Positions 29,201-38,136 of a stretch of 64,000 bases of DNA are shown here, piece after piece. Each line of letters begins with the position of its first letter. The first letter of the stretch is position 1. Below the pieces are notes generated by a model. The model saw only the letters and a list, made by a program, of their open reading frames with translations, was not told the origin of the DNA and ran no database searches. A program made the translations under genes and the position numbers. Source of the DNA: an uncultured Bacteroidales bacterium (lineage in GTDB: Bacteria; Bacteroidota; Bacteroidia; Bacteroidales; WCHB1-69); NCBI GenBank assembly GCA_905233625.1, contig CAJOFJ010000004.1, positions 76,427 to 140,426 on the forward strand, read 5' to 3'.

Positions 29201-30128
29201 TAGGAGCCTCTGAAATGCCAAGGATTGTTTCGGGGGTAGCACGCCAGGTACCTGCTTTATTTGAACTACCTTTACCGGCGGGAGCTCCATCCTTAACATA
29301 TTCAACCTCGCCACTGATCAAAAAACCGATACGGGCGGGGTCATCTCTTTTCTTTCCTTTCAAAATAGGACCTGTCAAGGAGACAGCACCCAAGAAATTG
29401 TTATATCCTTCGAGAGATCCGCGCAACTCGGCAGAACCATGGAAGTCCTTGGAAGCCGGTTTCGTGGTAATCACGGTAAAGCTCGTACCATCACCCAATT
29501 CAGCGGGGATACCACCCTGAATCAGCTGGGCTTCTTCCACACTACTCATGGCCACACTCGCATTATTACCTCTCATTCTCACACCATCCACAATCACCTG
29601 CTGACCATCGGAACGGTTACCACGAACAGCGGTCATACTACCATCAACACTGGATACACCTTCCAAGTTGGACAGAGCTGCGGTAATTGAACGGCCAGGG
29701 GTTTTACGGACTGCATCACCGCTCAAACGGGTGGTTGATGAAGTGTTATCTGCATCGAACACAGGTGGTTCCCAAACAACTTCCACAACATCCAAGTCAG
29801 TGGCGCAGTTAATTTTGAAATCCACGAACTGAACTTGGTCGGTTTTAACCACAAGACCTGTCTTTTTCATGGTTTTCTTACACGTCATTTCAGCGTTCGC
29901 CTCAATGTCGTAGGTGCCTGGCTGGATACCAAACAACTGATACTCTCCTTTTGCGTCAGACATCGCATAGTTAACCACCTTGTCCTCTATTTTCAAATAG
30001 ACGTTGGTGTACGCTAATGGCTCTCCGGTCTGGTCCGTAATTATTCCCTTAATGGTACCATTTTGGGAATAAGCGAAGCCGGAAAAAAGGATGATCACTC
30101 CGAGTGTAAAGAGTAATTTTTTCATCAT
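26262..30128 (-). CDS. Oversized (1288 aa) TonB-dependent-receptor-like outer-membrane protein with carboxypeptidase-regulatory-like N-domain
   Basis: Signal peptide, then a CarboxypepD_reg-like beta-sandwich (GTIKGIITDQTGEPLAYTNVYL...GEYQLFGIQPGTYDI). The plug block is VRKTPGRSITAALSNLEGVSS...VRGNRSDGQQVIVDGVRM. The C-terminus ends in an aromatic residue (GIQFGF). Confidence 0.75.
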   Translation of the reverse strand: MMKKLLFTLGVIILFSGFAYSQNGTIKGIITDQTGEPLAYTNVYLKIEDKVVNYAMSDAKGEYQLFGIQPGTYDIEANAEMTCKKTMKKTGLVVKTDQVQFVDFKINCATDLDVVEVVWEPPVFDADNTSSTTRLSGDAVRKTPGRSITAALSNLEGVSSVDGSMTAVRGNRSDGQQVIVDGVRMRGNNASVAMSSVEEAQLIQGGIPAELGDGTSFTVITTKPASKDFHGSAELRGSLEGYNNFLGAVSLTGPILKGKKRDDPARIGFLISGEVEYVKDGAPAGKGSSNKAGTWRATPETILGISEAPIRYPQGTLGVYKTEAEYLGSDAFVKQRVRDNAGYWNYLAQGKIEFLMGKTNNIRLSFNGSYEYYKGRSWSIGNSLFNAQNNGEGISNTARVSARLNHRVYTDTTGNGILKNVMYDININYTRSNSLSQDAIHKGNLFNYGYIGRFKSHFAETYDLVPEEYYTDPETGITYYVTNSNGNIYKMINRLDTLLTFEAGNLNPGLVFYTQNFYDQFTPSFFNSVMDETLPYDKTMYARFGALLNGQRGSGPYGFYNAPSIPVTGYEKTQRDVVGMKASVSMNLTNHELKFGFEFEQMIYRSYSVNPFGLWSLMRDKANLHNSELDLTHPVYLDAQMPSWYNAEQRQNFINEHGIDFHGYNGDIYVWFDRALGDVETGSFAENIRKQLGLGLREWVDVDDITPSQYMEMGGLSLFSTEELVVGTGQGGPVGYMGYDALGNKYRGSASIKDFFTKKDGKRSYEIGAYRPTYMAFYLQDKFSINSLLFSVGVRVDYFDANQDVLKDPYLFRDAYTVKELKALNFGKETLLEGANDNWYVYVSQKHYYNENLNPENFDVAVIGYRDGDNWYNAQGDLVTDPETELSLNTSGPILKNKLDEKDITKVEADAFGSYAPHWSVMPRISFSFPVSDNSLFYAHYNIVTTRPTALNVNPISYMFIEDMGYSAVSNPALKPQRSVDYEIGFRQKIGEKSAISLAAYYSEKRDMIQYYRYVGAYPSSYSSYKNMDFGTVQGFTLSYELRRFKNISFHANYTLQFAKGTGSDETSNKAIIQSGQPNLRTLVNLEFDQRHRIGVTIDYRFDSGVDYNGPVTRKVKKGTNTVKEIKWFENAGITLLFSAASGMPYSRSSVPYSALGVAGSRRLAGTLQGSHRPWIFQCDLRVDKTFILNLYGKNAKDKDGNPKGVKPGYLTVYLDVQNLFNFKNIIAVYDYTGNADDDGFLSAAAYQSIVESQTDRSSFINYYNMMIRSPYNYSRPTRVSLGIQFGF

Positions 30129-30236
30129 AGCTATTAATTTATATTAAACATTAATTTCACACAATAATTTTAGGCGGTAAAGTTACAAAAAATTTCTTTA
30201 CCACCTGATAGTTATCAGTAAAAAAAATTTAAAATG

Positions 30237-30647
30237 CTAATTATAAGGATTTTTCAGAATTTCTCCATAGATGACCGCCTTTTTCAATTCTTCGGGATCA
30301 TGCAAATTCAGATTGTCCGTTTCTGTTTCATTTTCAACTTCTTGTATACGATTTTGGTCGGGTTTTTGGGAGGAGAAAGGAGCAGAAGTTTCTGTGGGTG
30401 TTTCGGGCTCTGAAACGGTCTCGTATGTGAAATAAGATTGGGATTTAGAAGAATTTGACTCAAATTTTTCATTTTTCCTCAATATTTCCTCCTCATAATT
30501 TTCCACCTCAGGCATGTCTTCGTCAGCCAAAAATTCGTGCTCGACAACCTGTCTTTTTTGAGACTCTGCAGCAAGTTTCTTTTTTATTTTCGAATACTCG
30601 ATCAGAACAAACGCAATGACAAGAATGATTGTTAAAATCATATCCAT
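30237..30647 (-). CDS. Small single-pass membrane protein with acidic tail
   Basis: The start is moved to MDMIL (30647) because the track start at 30731 overlaps the tRNA-Lys terminator. One TM helix is followed by an E/D/T/S-rich region. Confidence 0.45.
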   Translation of the reverse strand: MDMILTIILVIAFVLIEYSKIKKKLAAESQKRQVVEHEFLADEDMPEVENYEEEILRKNEKFESNSSKSQSYFTYETVSEPETPTETSAPFSSQKPDQNRIQEVENETETDNLNLHDPEELKKAVIYGEILKNPYN

Positions 30648-30710
30648 AACCGGAACTTTTATATGCTGCAAAAATACAAAAAAGTACAGAGAAAGTAGAG
30701 GAAAAAACAT

Positions 30711-30737
30711 AAAAAAAAGCCGGACTTTCATCCGGCT
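30711..30737 (-). terminator. Rho-independent terminator of tRNA-Lys
   Basis: On the minus strand, AGCCGGA-TGAAAG-TCCGGCT is followed by T8. Confidence 0.7.
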
Positions 30738-30742
30738 CTGTG

Positions 30743-30815
30743 TGTTCCAGCTGGGATTCGAACCCAGGACCCCATCCTTAAAAGGGATGTGCTCTACCTG
30801 CTGAGCTACTGAAAC
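30743..30815 (-). tRNA. tRNA-Lys (anticodon TTT)
   Basis: The reverse complement folds as a cloverleaf. The acceptor stem is GTTTCAG/CTGGAAC, the anticodon arm is CATCC-CTTTTAA-GGATG, and the T-arm is GGGTTCGAATCCC. Confidence 0.9.
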
Positions 30816-30832
30816 ATCCGTTTTTGGGATTG

Positions 30833-30840
30833 CAAAAATA
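30833..30840 (-). promoter_or_regulatory. -7 promoter box (TATTTTTG on minus strand) for tRNA-Lys
   Basis: TAnnTTTG match 17 nt upstream of the tRNA 5' end. Confidence 0.5.
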
Positions 30841-31137
30841 CAACTTTATTTCATTCCGTCAACCGCTTTTCGCATAATTTTGCTATTGTTTTTTTTATCT
30901 ATCTATAAATCAATACAATAATTTATTTTTCAGCAAAAAAACAATCTTTTGTCTTCCGTTTCAAAAAAATTGTATATTTGCAAGTATAACAATTTGATTA
31001 TTAACAATTTACATCAGTTAATTTAAAATTTTCAAGAATGGTATTTTTAATTCAAGTATGTCATGATTTAACATGATTTTGCATTCATTTCGAAATTTCA
31101 AAAAAGAATTTCCACAATTATAACCAAAAAATTTAAG

Positions 31138-31335
31138 ATGAAAAAACTGACATTAGTTCCGAAAACTGACACTATCACCATCTGTCTTCCACCCGATTGG
31201 GTGGAGCAAGTGATTGTATGTACTTTGCAAAACACGGCAGAAGAGCACGCCGAACAAAATGCCCTGGCGGCAGAAAAGAAAATACCTTATGCAGTTCCCA
31301 AAAAGAGGGGACGACCGAGAAAGAAATCAATGTAA
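31138..31335 (+). CDS. Small basic protein with AT-hook-like C-terminus (KKRGRPRKK)
   Basis: 65-aa ORF with a GRP core flanked by K/R. It is preceded by a 320-bp AT-rich spacer with a TATATTTG box near 30971. Coding status is uncertain. Confidence 0.35.
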   Translation: MKKLTLVPKTDTITICLPPDWVEQVIVCTLQNTAEEHAEQNALAAEKKIPYAVPKKRGRPRKKSM

Positions 31336-31944
31336 ATTAGCGCCTATCAAGTGCATAAACTCCTGACGAGTATTGGAGTTTTTCAGGAATGCCCCTGTAA
31401 ACTCAGAAGTGGTGGTCACGGAATTCTGCTTCTGGATGCCGCGCATGGACATACAAAGGTGTTGAGCCTCTATCACCACAGCAACTCCCAGTGGATTAAG
31501 TACATCCTGCAGGCAGTCCTTGATTTGTGTGGTCAAACGTTCCTGCAGTTGCAAACGACGTGCAAAGGCCTCAACTACACGCGGAATCTTGCTCAAGCCC
31601 ACAATGGTACCGTTGGGTATATAGCCCACATGAGCTTTCCCGAAAAAGGGCAGCAGATGATGCTCACACATGGAATAGATTTCTATATCCTTAACAACCA
31701 CAATCTGTTTGTAATCCTCTTTGAACAAAGCACTTGTAAGTATCTCTCGTGGGTTCTGCTCATAGCCGTGGGTCAGGAACAGCATAGACTTTGCCGCGCG
31801 AACGGGAGTCTTAAGCAGACCCTCTCTGTCGGGATCCTCTCCCACTGCTGTCAACACTTGCTTGAAACTCTCGGCCAATCTGTCGATATTCGCCTCGTTA
31901 TAAATATCATGTCGCTCGTACCCTTCAGGAATATGTTTCTTCAT
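31327..31944 (-). CDS. folE: GTP cyclohydrolase I
   Basis: CEHHLLPF zinc/catalytic block and the LQERLT motif; 205 aa. Confidence 0.92.
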   Translation of the reverse strand: MKKHIPEGYERHDIYNEANIDRLAESFKQVLTAVGEDPDREGLLKTPVRAAKSMLFLTHGYEQNPREILTSALFKEDYKQIVVVKDIEIYSMCEHHLLPFFGKAHVGYIPNGTIVGLSKIPRVVEAFARRLQLQERLTTQIKDCLQDVLNPLGVAVVIEAQHLCMSMRGIQKQNSVTTTSEFTGAFLKNSNTRQEFMHLIGANLH

Positions 31945-31946
31945 AA

Positions 31947-32645
31947 TCAGTTATTAATAAATGGGTTATTTTGTCTTTCGTAGCCTATAGTCGTTGTCAT
32001 TTCATGCCCGCAAAAAACGGTGGTTTCATCGGGAAGCGTCAGCAGTTTTTCCCGAATACTTTGCATAAGCACCGGAGACGAACCAGTGGGTAAATCGGTA
32101 CGCCCCACACTGCCGGCAAACAACACATCTCCCACAAACACCATCTTATGTTTTTCATCGTATAAACAGATGCTGCCGTCGGCATGACCAGGAGTATAAA
32201 ACACCTGCAAACTTTGCGTTCCAAATGTCAATATATCACCCTCTTGCAAAAATTTGGACGGTTCCGGACAGGGTTCTATCTCCATCCCTAACACCGCACA
32301 ATAACTATGCGTTTGATGATATAGTTCCAAAGCTTTCTCGTGAATATATATAGGCGTATCCAAGTGCTTGAGACACCATGAATTTCCTATCACATGATCG
32401 ATATGGGGATGTGTATTGACGACATACTGAACAGCAAGATTCTCCTTCACAATATAATTTTGCAACTGTTCATTTTCATCAGCATAATAGTTTCCCGGGT
32501 CAACAATGATTGCCTCACCGGTATCATCATGCAGCACATAAGTGTTGACCTGAAAAGGATTGAAATGGAATGTTTTGACTGTCATCTCTTCAATTGTATA
32601 ATGTTGAAAAGCAATAAGTTCCTTCAAGCTAACCTTTCGTTTCAT
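31947..32645 (-). CDS. MBL-fold metallo-hydrolase (glyoxalase II-like)
   Basis: HPHIDH (HxHxDH) motif, with later TPGH and GD..F blocks. The true start may be the internal MTVKTF. Confidence 0.8.
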   Translation of the reverse strand: MKRKVSLKELIAFQHYTIEEMTVKTFHFNPFQVNTYVLHDDTGEAIIVDPGNYYADENEQLQNYIVKENLAVQYVVNTHPHIDHVIGNSWCLKHLDTPIYIHEKALELYHQTHSYCAVLGMEIEPCPEPSKFLQEGDILTFGTQSLQVFYTPGHADGSICLYDEKHKMVFVGDVLFAGSVGRTDLPTGSSPVLMQSIREKLLTLPDETTVFCGHEMTTTIGYERQNNPFINN

Positions 32646-32648
32646 ACC

Positions 32649-33971
32649 CTAAAACGGCTTATTGACCTTGGGATCCATCATGTCGGACACCACCTTCACC
32701 TTTCTACCCTTGTCGAACACCACTTTATACACCAGCTTACCGTTGGGGTCCCAGCTCATCCATGCACCCTGCTTCACACGATTTTTAAAACTGCCTGTGA
32801 AATGTTTTTGTCCATTAGGATAAAACTCCGTAAACTTACCCTCTGGGGCATCAGCGACAAAACTTTGCTCACGCACCTTGATTCCGCGCTCATTATAGAA
32901 CACCCAAGTACCTTCACGCTGATCGTTCTTATAATTACCACTTTCCAGAATAATACCATTGTCGGCGTACTCTTTCCACGCTCCATGTTTCATATTATTG
33001 CGATAATTACCATCAGATTTGATCTTGCCATTCTCGCTCCAATACTTGTACACCCCGTTTCTTTCATTCTGTTGATACAGAATATGATACTTTTGTATGC
33101 CGCTGTCATAAAAGCCTTCCCAAACACCGGTCATCAGCCCGTTCTGGAAAGCGCCCTTATCTTGGATTTTTCCATTGGAATAATATGATTCCCACAGTCC
33201 GTCTTCCTTGTCATCCACAAAATTCCCCTGGCGTTGTAACTGACCGTCTTCGTACCATGCCTTAGTCTGTCCCTGACGTTTATCCTCCTTATAATTCACT
33301 ATTTTCCATAGTTTTCCATTCTCAAAGTAATACTTCCATTCACCATCCTGCATACCTTTCACAAAATTGCCGGTGCTGCCCAGGGACCCGTCCTGATGAT
33401 AGAATTTCCATTCCCCTTCTTGCAAGTCATCGATGGTATTGCCTTCCATATCTTTTTGTCCTGACGCAGACCACCACTGGGTATAACCGTTCAGCTTGCC
33501 GTTTTCGTAAACACCCTCAAACTTTTTCTCCCCATTGTCATAAAACTCTGTCACCTTACCCTGGGCATTGCCCTCCACATAATTCACCTGTTTAAAGAGC
33601 ATGCCATTTGGGTATTTGAAAGTCCATTGTCCGGACCGTAATCCTTGCGCCATCTGGCCTTCCGACTCTATGGCACCAGATGAGTACCAGCTTTTGAAAG
33701 GACCGTTTTCCGCCTCATACTCGCTACTTTTCTTGCCGTTGTCGAACCATTCTTTCCAAACGCCCACTTTCCGACCATTTTCATAACGGCCTTCCATCCA
33801 TTTGGCTCCGTTTTTATGGTAAAACACCCACAGCCCCGTCTCCCTGCCATCTTTCTGCAGGCCAATCGACATCAGTTTCTTGTTGGGCCAATAAGATTTC
33901 AGTGTATCCTGAGCCGACACCATGGTCAAGCATAAAAAAGACAAGAAGAGGAGGATTATCTTTTTCATCAT
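32649..33971 (-). CDS. MORN-variant / YwqK-type repeat protein, secreted
   Basis: Signal peptide, then roughly 17 tandem ~23-aa repeats of the form G.W..YY.NGK....G.Y.NG...G.W. Confidence 0.75.
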   Translation of the reverse strand: MMKKIILLFLSFLCLTMVSAQDTLKSYWPNKKLMSIGLQKDGRETGLWVFYHKNGAKWMEGRYENGRKVGVWKEWFDNGKKSSEYEAENGPFKSWYSSGAIESEGQMAQGLRSGQWTFKYPNGMLFKQVNYVEGNAQGKVTEFYDNGEKKFEGVYENGKLNGYTQWWSASGQKDMEGNTIDDLQEGEWKFYHQDGSLGSTGNFVKGMQDGEWKYYFENGKLWKIVNYKEDKRQGQTKAWYEDGQLQRQGNFVDDKEDGLWESYYSNGKIQDKGAFQNGLMTGVWEGFYDSGIQKYHILYQQNERNGVYKYWSENGKIKSDGNYRNNMKHGAWKEYADNGIILESGNYKNDQREGTWVFYNERGIKVREQSFVADAPEGKFTEFYPNGQKHFTGSFKNRVKQGAWMSWDPNGKLVYKVVFDKGRKVKVVSDMMDPKVNKPF

Positions 33972-33988
33972 TATAATTTTAATCTGCT

Positions 33989-35116
33989 TTAATCTGCGAG
34001 CTGAATTTTATAATCTTTTAACTGCAAAAGATACATACCATGATTCTCATAGCCGCCATTTTCCGTCTTTTTGAAATTGAATTTCATGGCCAAGGGCGTG
34101 TACTGCACTTGTGCCGTATCAAAATCATGGAGCATCAACTCCACAAAATACTTGGTGATATCATAACCTTGGAACGAAAAACGTTTCAGATCTGGCGGAG
34201 TATTATATCTTTCAATAAAATTGCTGATAAAAACCAAAGTCTTGTCATTTTCCTCATTGACAAAATAATCGGAGAAAAAATGCACATTCAATTTGTTCAG
34301 GTAATCCACTTCCAGGGCATCAATTTCCATCCATTCCTCTGGGATGACAAAAACGGTGTTCGGGAAATCGTTCTCTATACCCAGATTTCGCATATTGGCA
34401 ATGACTGTTGTATGCAACTGGAAGAAGGGGAACACCACCTGGTGTTTATTCTCCGTCAAACGTCTTTTGATTGTACTTTTCTCATCATCCAGCACAAACT
34501 CGTATGGAATATCCAGCTGGTTGAAATAGCGTTCACAGCGCTGCAGGCCAAGGATATCCGCCCCGCGTTCCGTCCATAAGAATATATCGGAAGGAGTTGC
34601 CCCTGATCTCCACAACTCGTTCACCATCTCCGCCATTGTTTCCCCTGAGGACTGCACCTTAAAGACATATTCGTTATCCTCCAGAATATCCTGCTTGCTG
34701 GTGAACGGATTGACAATAGGAATCTGGTATCTTTTAGCATACTCGGCCGCTATTGAGAACTGAGAGGCGAAGAACGGTCCGATAATCAGATCCACACTGC
34801 CCATCAATTCCCCATTCTCCAAAATCTGGCGTAATTTCTCATTATCGTATGTAATATCTCTTACGATGACATTGACCCGATGGGAACTGCTTTCATACTC
34901 ATCCAGCGCCATTTGCGCGCCCTCCCAGAAACTCACCAAGCTGAAAGAAGGTTCATTGTCGACATCCACGGACGACTTCATCTTGAATTCGGAATAGCTA
35001 TCGAACTCCTCGCCGAAAAAAGGGAGCAGATACAAGACCGTCTTCACCTCCGCAGTCTGCGCGAGCAGAGCTGGCAAGCACAACAAAACGGACAAGAATA
35101 GCAGAAATCTCTTCAT
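33989..35116 (-). CDS. Periplasmic-binding-protein type 1-like (LivK-like) secreted protein
   Basis: Signal peptide. The alternating beta-alpha pattern and the LIIGPFF block are reminiscent of PBP1 proteins. No transporter genes are adjacent. Confidence 0.4.
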   Translation of the reverse strand: MKRFLLFLSVLLCLPALLAQTAEVKTVLYLLPFFGEEFDSYSEFKMKSSVDVDNEPSFSLVSFWEGAQMALDEYESSSHRVNVIVRDITYDNEKLRQILENGELMGSVDLIIGPFFASQFSIAAEYAKRYQIPIVNPFTSKQDILEDNEYVFKVQSSGETMAEMVNELWRSGATPSDIFLWTERGADILGLQRCERYFNQLDIPYEFVLDDEKSTIKRRLTENKHQVVFPFFQLHTTVIANMRNLGIENDFPNTVFVIPEEWMEIDALEVDYLNKLNVHFFSDYFVNEENDKTLVFISNFIERYNTPPDLKRFSFQGYDITKYFVELMLHDFDTAQVQYTPLAMKFNFKKTENGGYENHGMYLLQLKDYKIQLAD

Positions 35117-35241
35117 TGTAAAAGTATCTCAATAAAAGTGCAAAGTTACATAAATTTCCTGAAAAGATGCACAACATCTTTATTTTTTTGCAGAGACATT
35201 TCGTGAGAAGGCTCTATTGGTGCAGAAAAGGATATCATTTT

Positions 35242-35275
35242 AAAACAAAAAACGGCTCCTGAAAAAAGAGCCGTT
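35242..35275 (-). terminator. Rho-independent terminator of ferredoxin gene
   Basis: On the minus strand, AACGGCTC-9 nt-GAGCCGTT is followed by TTTTGTTTT. Confidence 0.7.
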
Positions 35276-35297
35276 TTCGTCTTTTGTTTTCGATCTG

Positions 35298-35468
35298 TTA
35301 TTCCGGGTGAATTGCTTCACAGGGGCAAACGTCTGCGCATGCACCGCAATCGATGCATAAATCGGGGTTGATTGAATAGGGAGTACCTTCAGAAATAGCT
35401 TCCTGGGGGCATTCGCCTGCACAAGTACCACAGCTTGCACAGAGATCGGGATCAATTTTATGAGCCAT
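35298..35468 (-). CDS. 2x[4Fe-4S] ferredoxin (56 aa)
   Basis: Hand translation: MAHKIDPDLCASCGTCAGECPQEAISEGTPYSINPDLCIDCGACADVCPCEAIHPE*. It has two CxxCxxCxxxCP motifs. It is below the 60-aa cut-off of the ORF track. Confidence 0.9.
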   Translation of the reverse strand: MAHKIDPDLCASCGTCAGECPQEAISEGTPYSINPDLCIDCGACADVCPCEAIHPE

Positions 35469-35502
35469 GATTTAATGTTTTTTGGTTAATAATTGTTGGC
35501 GG

Positions 35503-35510
35503 CAAAAGTA
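35503..35510 (-). promoter_or_regulatory. -7 promoter box (TACTTTTG on minus strand) for ferredoxin
   Basis: TAnnTTTG match 35 nt upstream of the ATG at 35468. Confidence 0.45.
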
Positions 35511-35657
35511 CGCATTTTTTTTCACATAGCAGCATTTTAAGAAAATTTAATTTTTCGGCACCCGTACAAGGGCGAGGTATGGTTAATTTGTAGAGACGGA
35601 CGTGCATCTTCTCCACAAGAAAATTTGTTTATTGGCGTATATGTCAAGAATTTTGTG

Positions 35658-35665
35658 TATCTTTG
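35658..35665 (+). promoter_or_regulatory. -7 promoter box (TATCTTTG) for lpd
   Basis: TAnnTTTG match 41 nt upstream of ATG 35706. Confidence 0.5.
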
Positions 35666-35705
35666 CAGATTAATGTTTAAATTTCAAATAAAGGAAAATA
35701 TAATT

Positions 35706-37100
35706 ATGAACTACGATTTGATTGTCATCGGGAGCGGTCCCGGAGGTTATGTGGCAGCCATCAGAGCCAGCCAGTTAAAGATGAAAGTCGCTATTGTTGA
35801 ACGCGCTGAAGTAGGCGGAATATGTCTCAACTGGGGATGTATTCCCACCAAAGCCCTGTTGAAATCGGCACAGGTTTTCAACTATGCCAAACACGCCGCC
35901 AACTACGGCATCAGCATCGAAGGAGAAGTGAAAGCTGACTTTGAAGCGGTGGTAAAACGTAGTCGCACCGTGGCCGAAATGATGAGCAAAGGTGTGCAAT
36001 TCCTGCTCAAGAAAAACAATGTGGACGTGATTAATGGTTTCGGCAAAATAGTGAAAGACAAGAAAGTGGAGGTGACCAAGGCCGACGGAACAACAGAAAC
36101 ATTTGAAACACAGCATATCATCTTAGCTACTGGCGCCCGTTCGCGCTCCCTGCCCAACGTGCAGCAAGATGGCAAAAAAATTATCGGCTACCGCGAAGCA
36201 TTAACCCTTCCCAAACTTCCCGCCAGCATGGTGGTGATGGGTTCGGGAGCCATCGGCAGCGAATTGGCCTTTTTCTATGCCTCCATGGGCACCAAAGTGA
36301 CAATTGTGGAATACTTGCCCAATCTGGTTCCTGTGGAAGACGAGGAAATTTCGAAACAGTTGGAGCGTTCTTTCCGCAAAGCCGGCATCAAAACCATGAC
36401 CTCCGCCGCTGTGGAGAGTGTGGATACCACCGGTGAACTGTGCAAGGTTTCCGTCAAAGACGCCAAAGGCAACATGACAGATCTGGAGTGCGAAATCGTA
36501 CTTTCTGCCGTCGGTGTCATCACCAATCTTGAAGGCATCGGTTTGGAAGAATACGGAGTGGCTTTCGAAAGAGGCAAAATCACGGTGGACGACTATTATC
36601 GCACCAACCAGGAAGGCATTTACGCCATTGGCGACATTGTACACGGTCCCGCTCTGGCGCATGTAGCTTCTCACGAAGCATTGGTATGTGTAGAGAAAAT
36701 CGCAGGTTTGGAACCGAAACCGGTAGATTATAGCAACATTCCCGGCTGTACTTACACCACTCCTGAGATTGCTTCAGTGGGCTTGACCGAGCGCAAGTGT
36801 GTGGAGCAAGGCCGTGAGATTTTGGTTGGCAAGTTCCCCTTCACCGCATCGGGCAAAGCCACCGCATCGGGCAGCCGCGACGGCATGGTGAAGCTGATTT
36901 TTGACAAGAACACGGGCGAATGGCTCGGCTGTCACCTCATCGGTGACAATGTTACCGAGATGATTTCCGGCGCTGTGCTGGCCCGCAGCATGAAAGTGAC
37001 CGGACCCGACATTATCCATGCCGTGCATCCGCATCCCACTTTGTCAGAGGCCATTATGGAAGCTGCCGCCGCCGCTTACGGTGAGTGTGTGCATTTGTAA
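35706..37100 (+). CDS. lpd: Dihydrolipoyl dehydrogenase
   Basis: The start is placed at MNYDLIVIGSGPGGY. The redox-active disulfide is GGICLNWGCIPTK, and the C-terminal motif HPHPTLSE is present. Confidence 0.92.
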   Translation: MNYDLIVIGSGPGGYVAAIRASQLKMKVAIVERAEVGGICLNWGCIPTKALLKSAQVFNYAKHAANYGISIEGEVKADFEAVVKRSRTVAEMMSKGVQFLLKKNNVDVINGFGKIVKDKKVEVTKADGTTETFETQHIILATGARSRSLPNVQQDGKKIIGYREALTLPKLPASMVVMGSGAIGSELAFFYASMGTKVTIVEYLPNLVPVEDEEISKQLERSFRKAGIKTMTSAAVESVDTTGELCKVSVKDAKGNMTDLECEIVLSAVGVITNLEGIGLEEYGVAFERGKITVDDYYRTNQEGIYAIGDIVHGPALAHVASHEALVCVEKIAGLEPKPVDYSNIPGCTYTTPEIASVGLTERKCVEQGREILVGKFPFTASGKATASGSRDGMVKLIFDKNTGEWLGCHLIGDNVTEMISGAVLARSMKVTGPDIIHAVHPHPTLSEAIMEAAAAAYGECVHL

Positions 37101-37189
37101 TTTGTATAAAATGAAGCATTAGGGCAACACTTTTGCTTCTTTTTCGTCCTATTGAAAACAACTCTATCGCAATAGCATAAAAACCGGAC

Positions 37190-38116
37190 ATGAAAAAATT
37201 TGTATTCTTCCTTTGTATTTTATTGTCAGGCAGTCTGTGCTCTTATGCGCAGAGTCGCGGCAATGCCAAATCGTCAGAGGATAAGCAAACTGAACAAAGC
37301 GACAAAATAAAGGAAAAGGGCTTTGAGATTATTTTCGCCGGAGGCTGCTATTTCGGTTCGAAGTACAATGCCCAGTATTATAATGGAGACTATGGCAATG
37401 AGAACAATCTTGCCTATCTTTTTGAAAATTATTACCGCCATAAAGAAATCAACGAGTTGATCATTGATCATTATCCTTACATCAGCGATTCTGTATCTTT
37501 TGGTGGTCCTTTGGGCAACATGAGTTACCGGCCCGGTGTTATGGTTTCATTGGGTGTCCGGTATAAATTCACCAAAAACTGGAGCATACAGCTTGTGTAT
37601 ACCTTCTCTCGTTTAAAGGCCAACGGACAATTCCGTTTGTTATATACCGCAGTACCAGGAAATTACCATACTGGTATGTTGGATAACAACTACATTTTAT
37701 GCAAGGAAAACCGTTCGCTGATAGATTTATCAGCATGTTATCACTTCACCACCCGTTCTATTGTCAAACCATATATCGAAGCCGGTGTTCAGTTTAACTT
37801 TGTTCGGGTAAAAAGCATGGATGCTGTATTTTACGATGACAACAAAAACAAAATCAAAAGTTTCAGTTTTATCAACAACTTGCAGAACTATGTACCTGGA
37901 GTGCAGTCCGACGGTTCGATAGTCAAATACGGCGGTCCCGGTTTTGGTTTTTCGGCTGCAGCTGGAATAAAAATAGCGTTCAACAAATATGTCTCTATAG
38001 ACCCCTGCTTTTACTTCAACGCTGGCAAATTCGGTTTGGAGGGATACAAGGATTTTTCCTACAACTTTGGCGTCTTGGTTCGCATTGTTATGAATGATAG
38101 CATGTTTTCGAAATAA
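37190..38116 (+). CDS. Outer-membrane beta-barrel protein, unknown family
   Basis: Signal peptide, alternating hydrophobic beta-strand pattern, and an aromatic-rich C-terminal region. The PorP/SprF N-terminal signature is not seen. Confidence 0.55.
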   Translation: MKKFVFFLCILLSGSLCSYAQSRGNAKSSEDKQTEQSDKIKEKGFEIIFAGGCYFGSKYNAQYYNGDYGNENNLAYLFENYYRHKEINELIIDHYPYISDSVSFGGPLGNMSYRPGVMVSLGVRYKFTKNWSIQLVYTFSRLKANGQFRLLYTAVPGNYHTGMLDNNYILCKENRSLIDLSACYHFTTRSIVKPYIEAGVQFNFVRVKSMDAVFYDDNKNKIKSFSFINNLQNYVPGVQSDGSIVKYGGPGFGFSAAAGIKIAFNKYVSIDPCFYFNAGKFGLEGYKDFSYNFGVLVRIVMNDSMFSK

Positions 38117-38136
38117 ATCACCAAACATAAATACAT

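Noticed and set aside
30616-30804. 62-aa plus-strand ORF, and the N-terminal 28 codons of the 164-aa minus-strand ORF
   Set aside because: Both overlap tRNA-Lys and/or its terminator hairpin. The minus-strand gene was shortened to start at 30647.
35240-35455. 71-aa ORF from the track (MIPISVQAVVLVQ...)
   Set aside because: It is an out-of-frame shadow of the real 56-aa 2x[4Fe-4S] ferredoxin on the same strand (35298-35468). The ferredoxin has perfect CxxCxxCxxxCP motifs, its own -7 box and a terminator.
31945-35700. Riboswitches or T-box-like leaders upstream of folE, lpd, guaA, metG and dxs
   Set aside because: The leaders are short (20-70 nt) and contain only -7 boxes. No conserved riboswitch cores (TPP, THF, purine, SAM) were recognisable.
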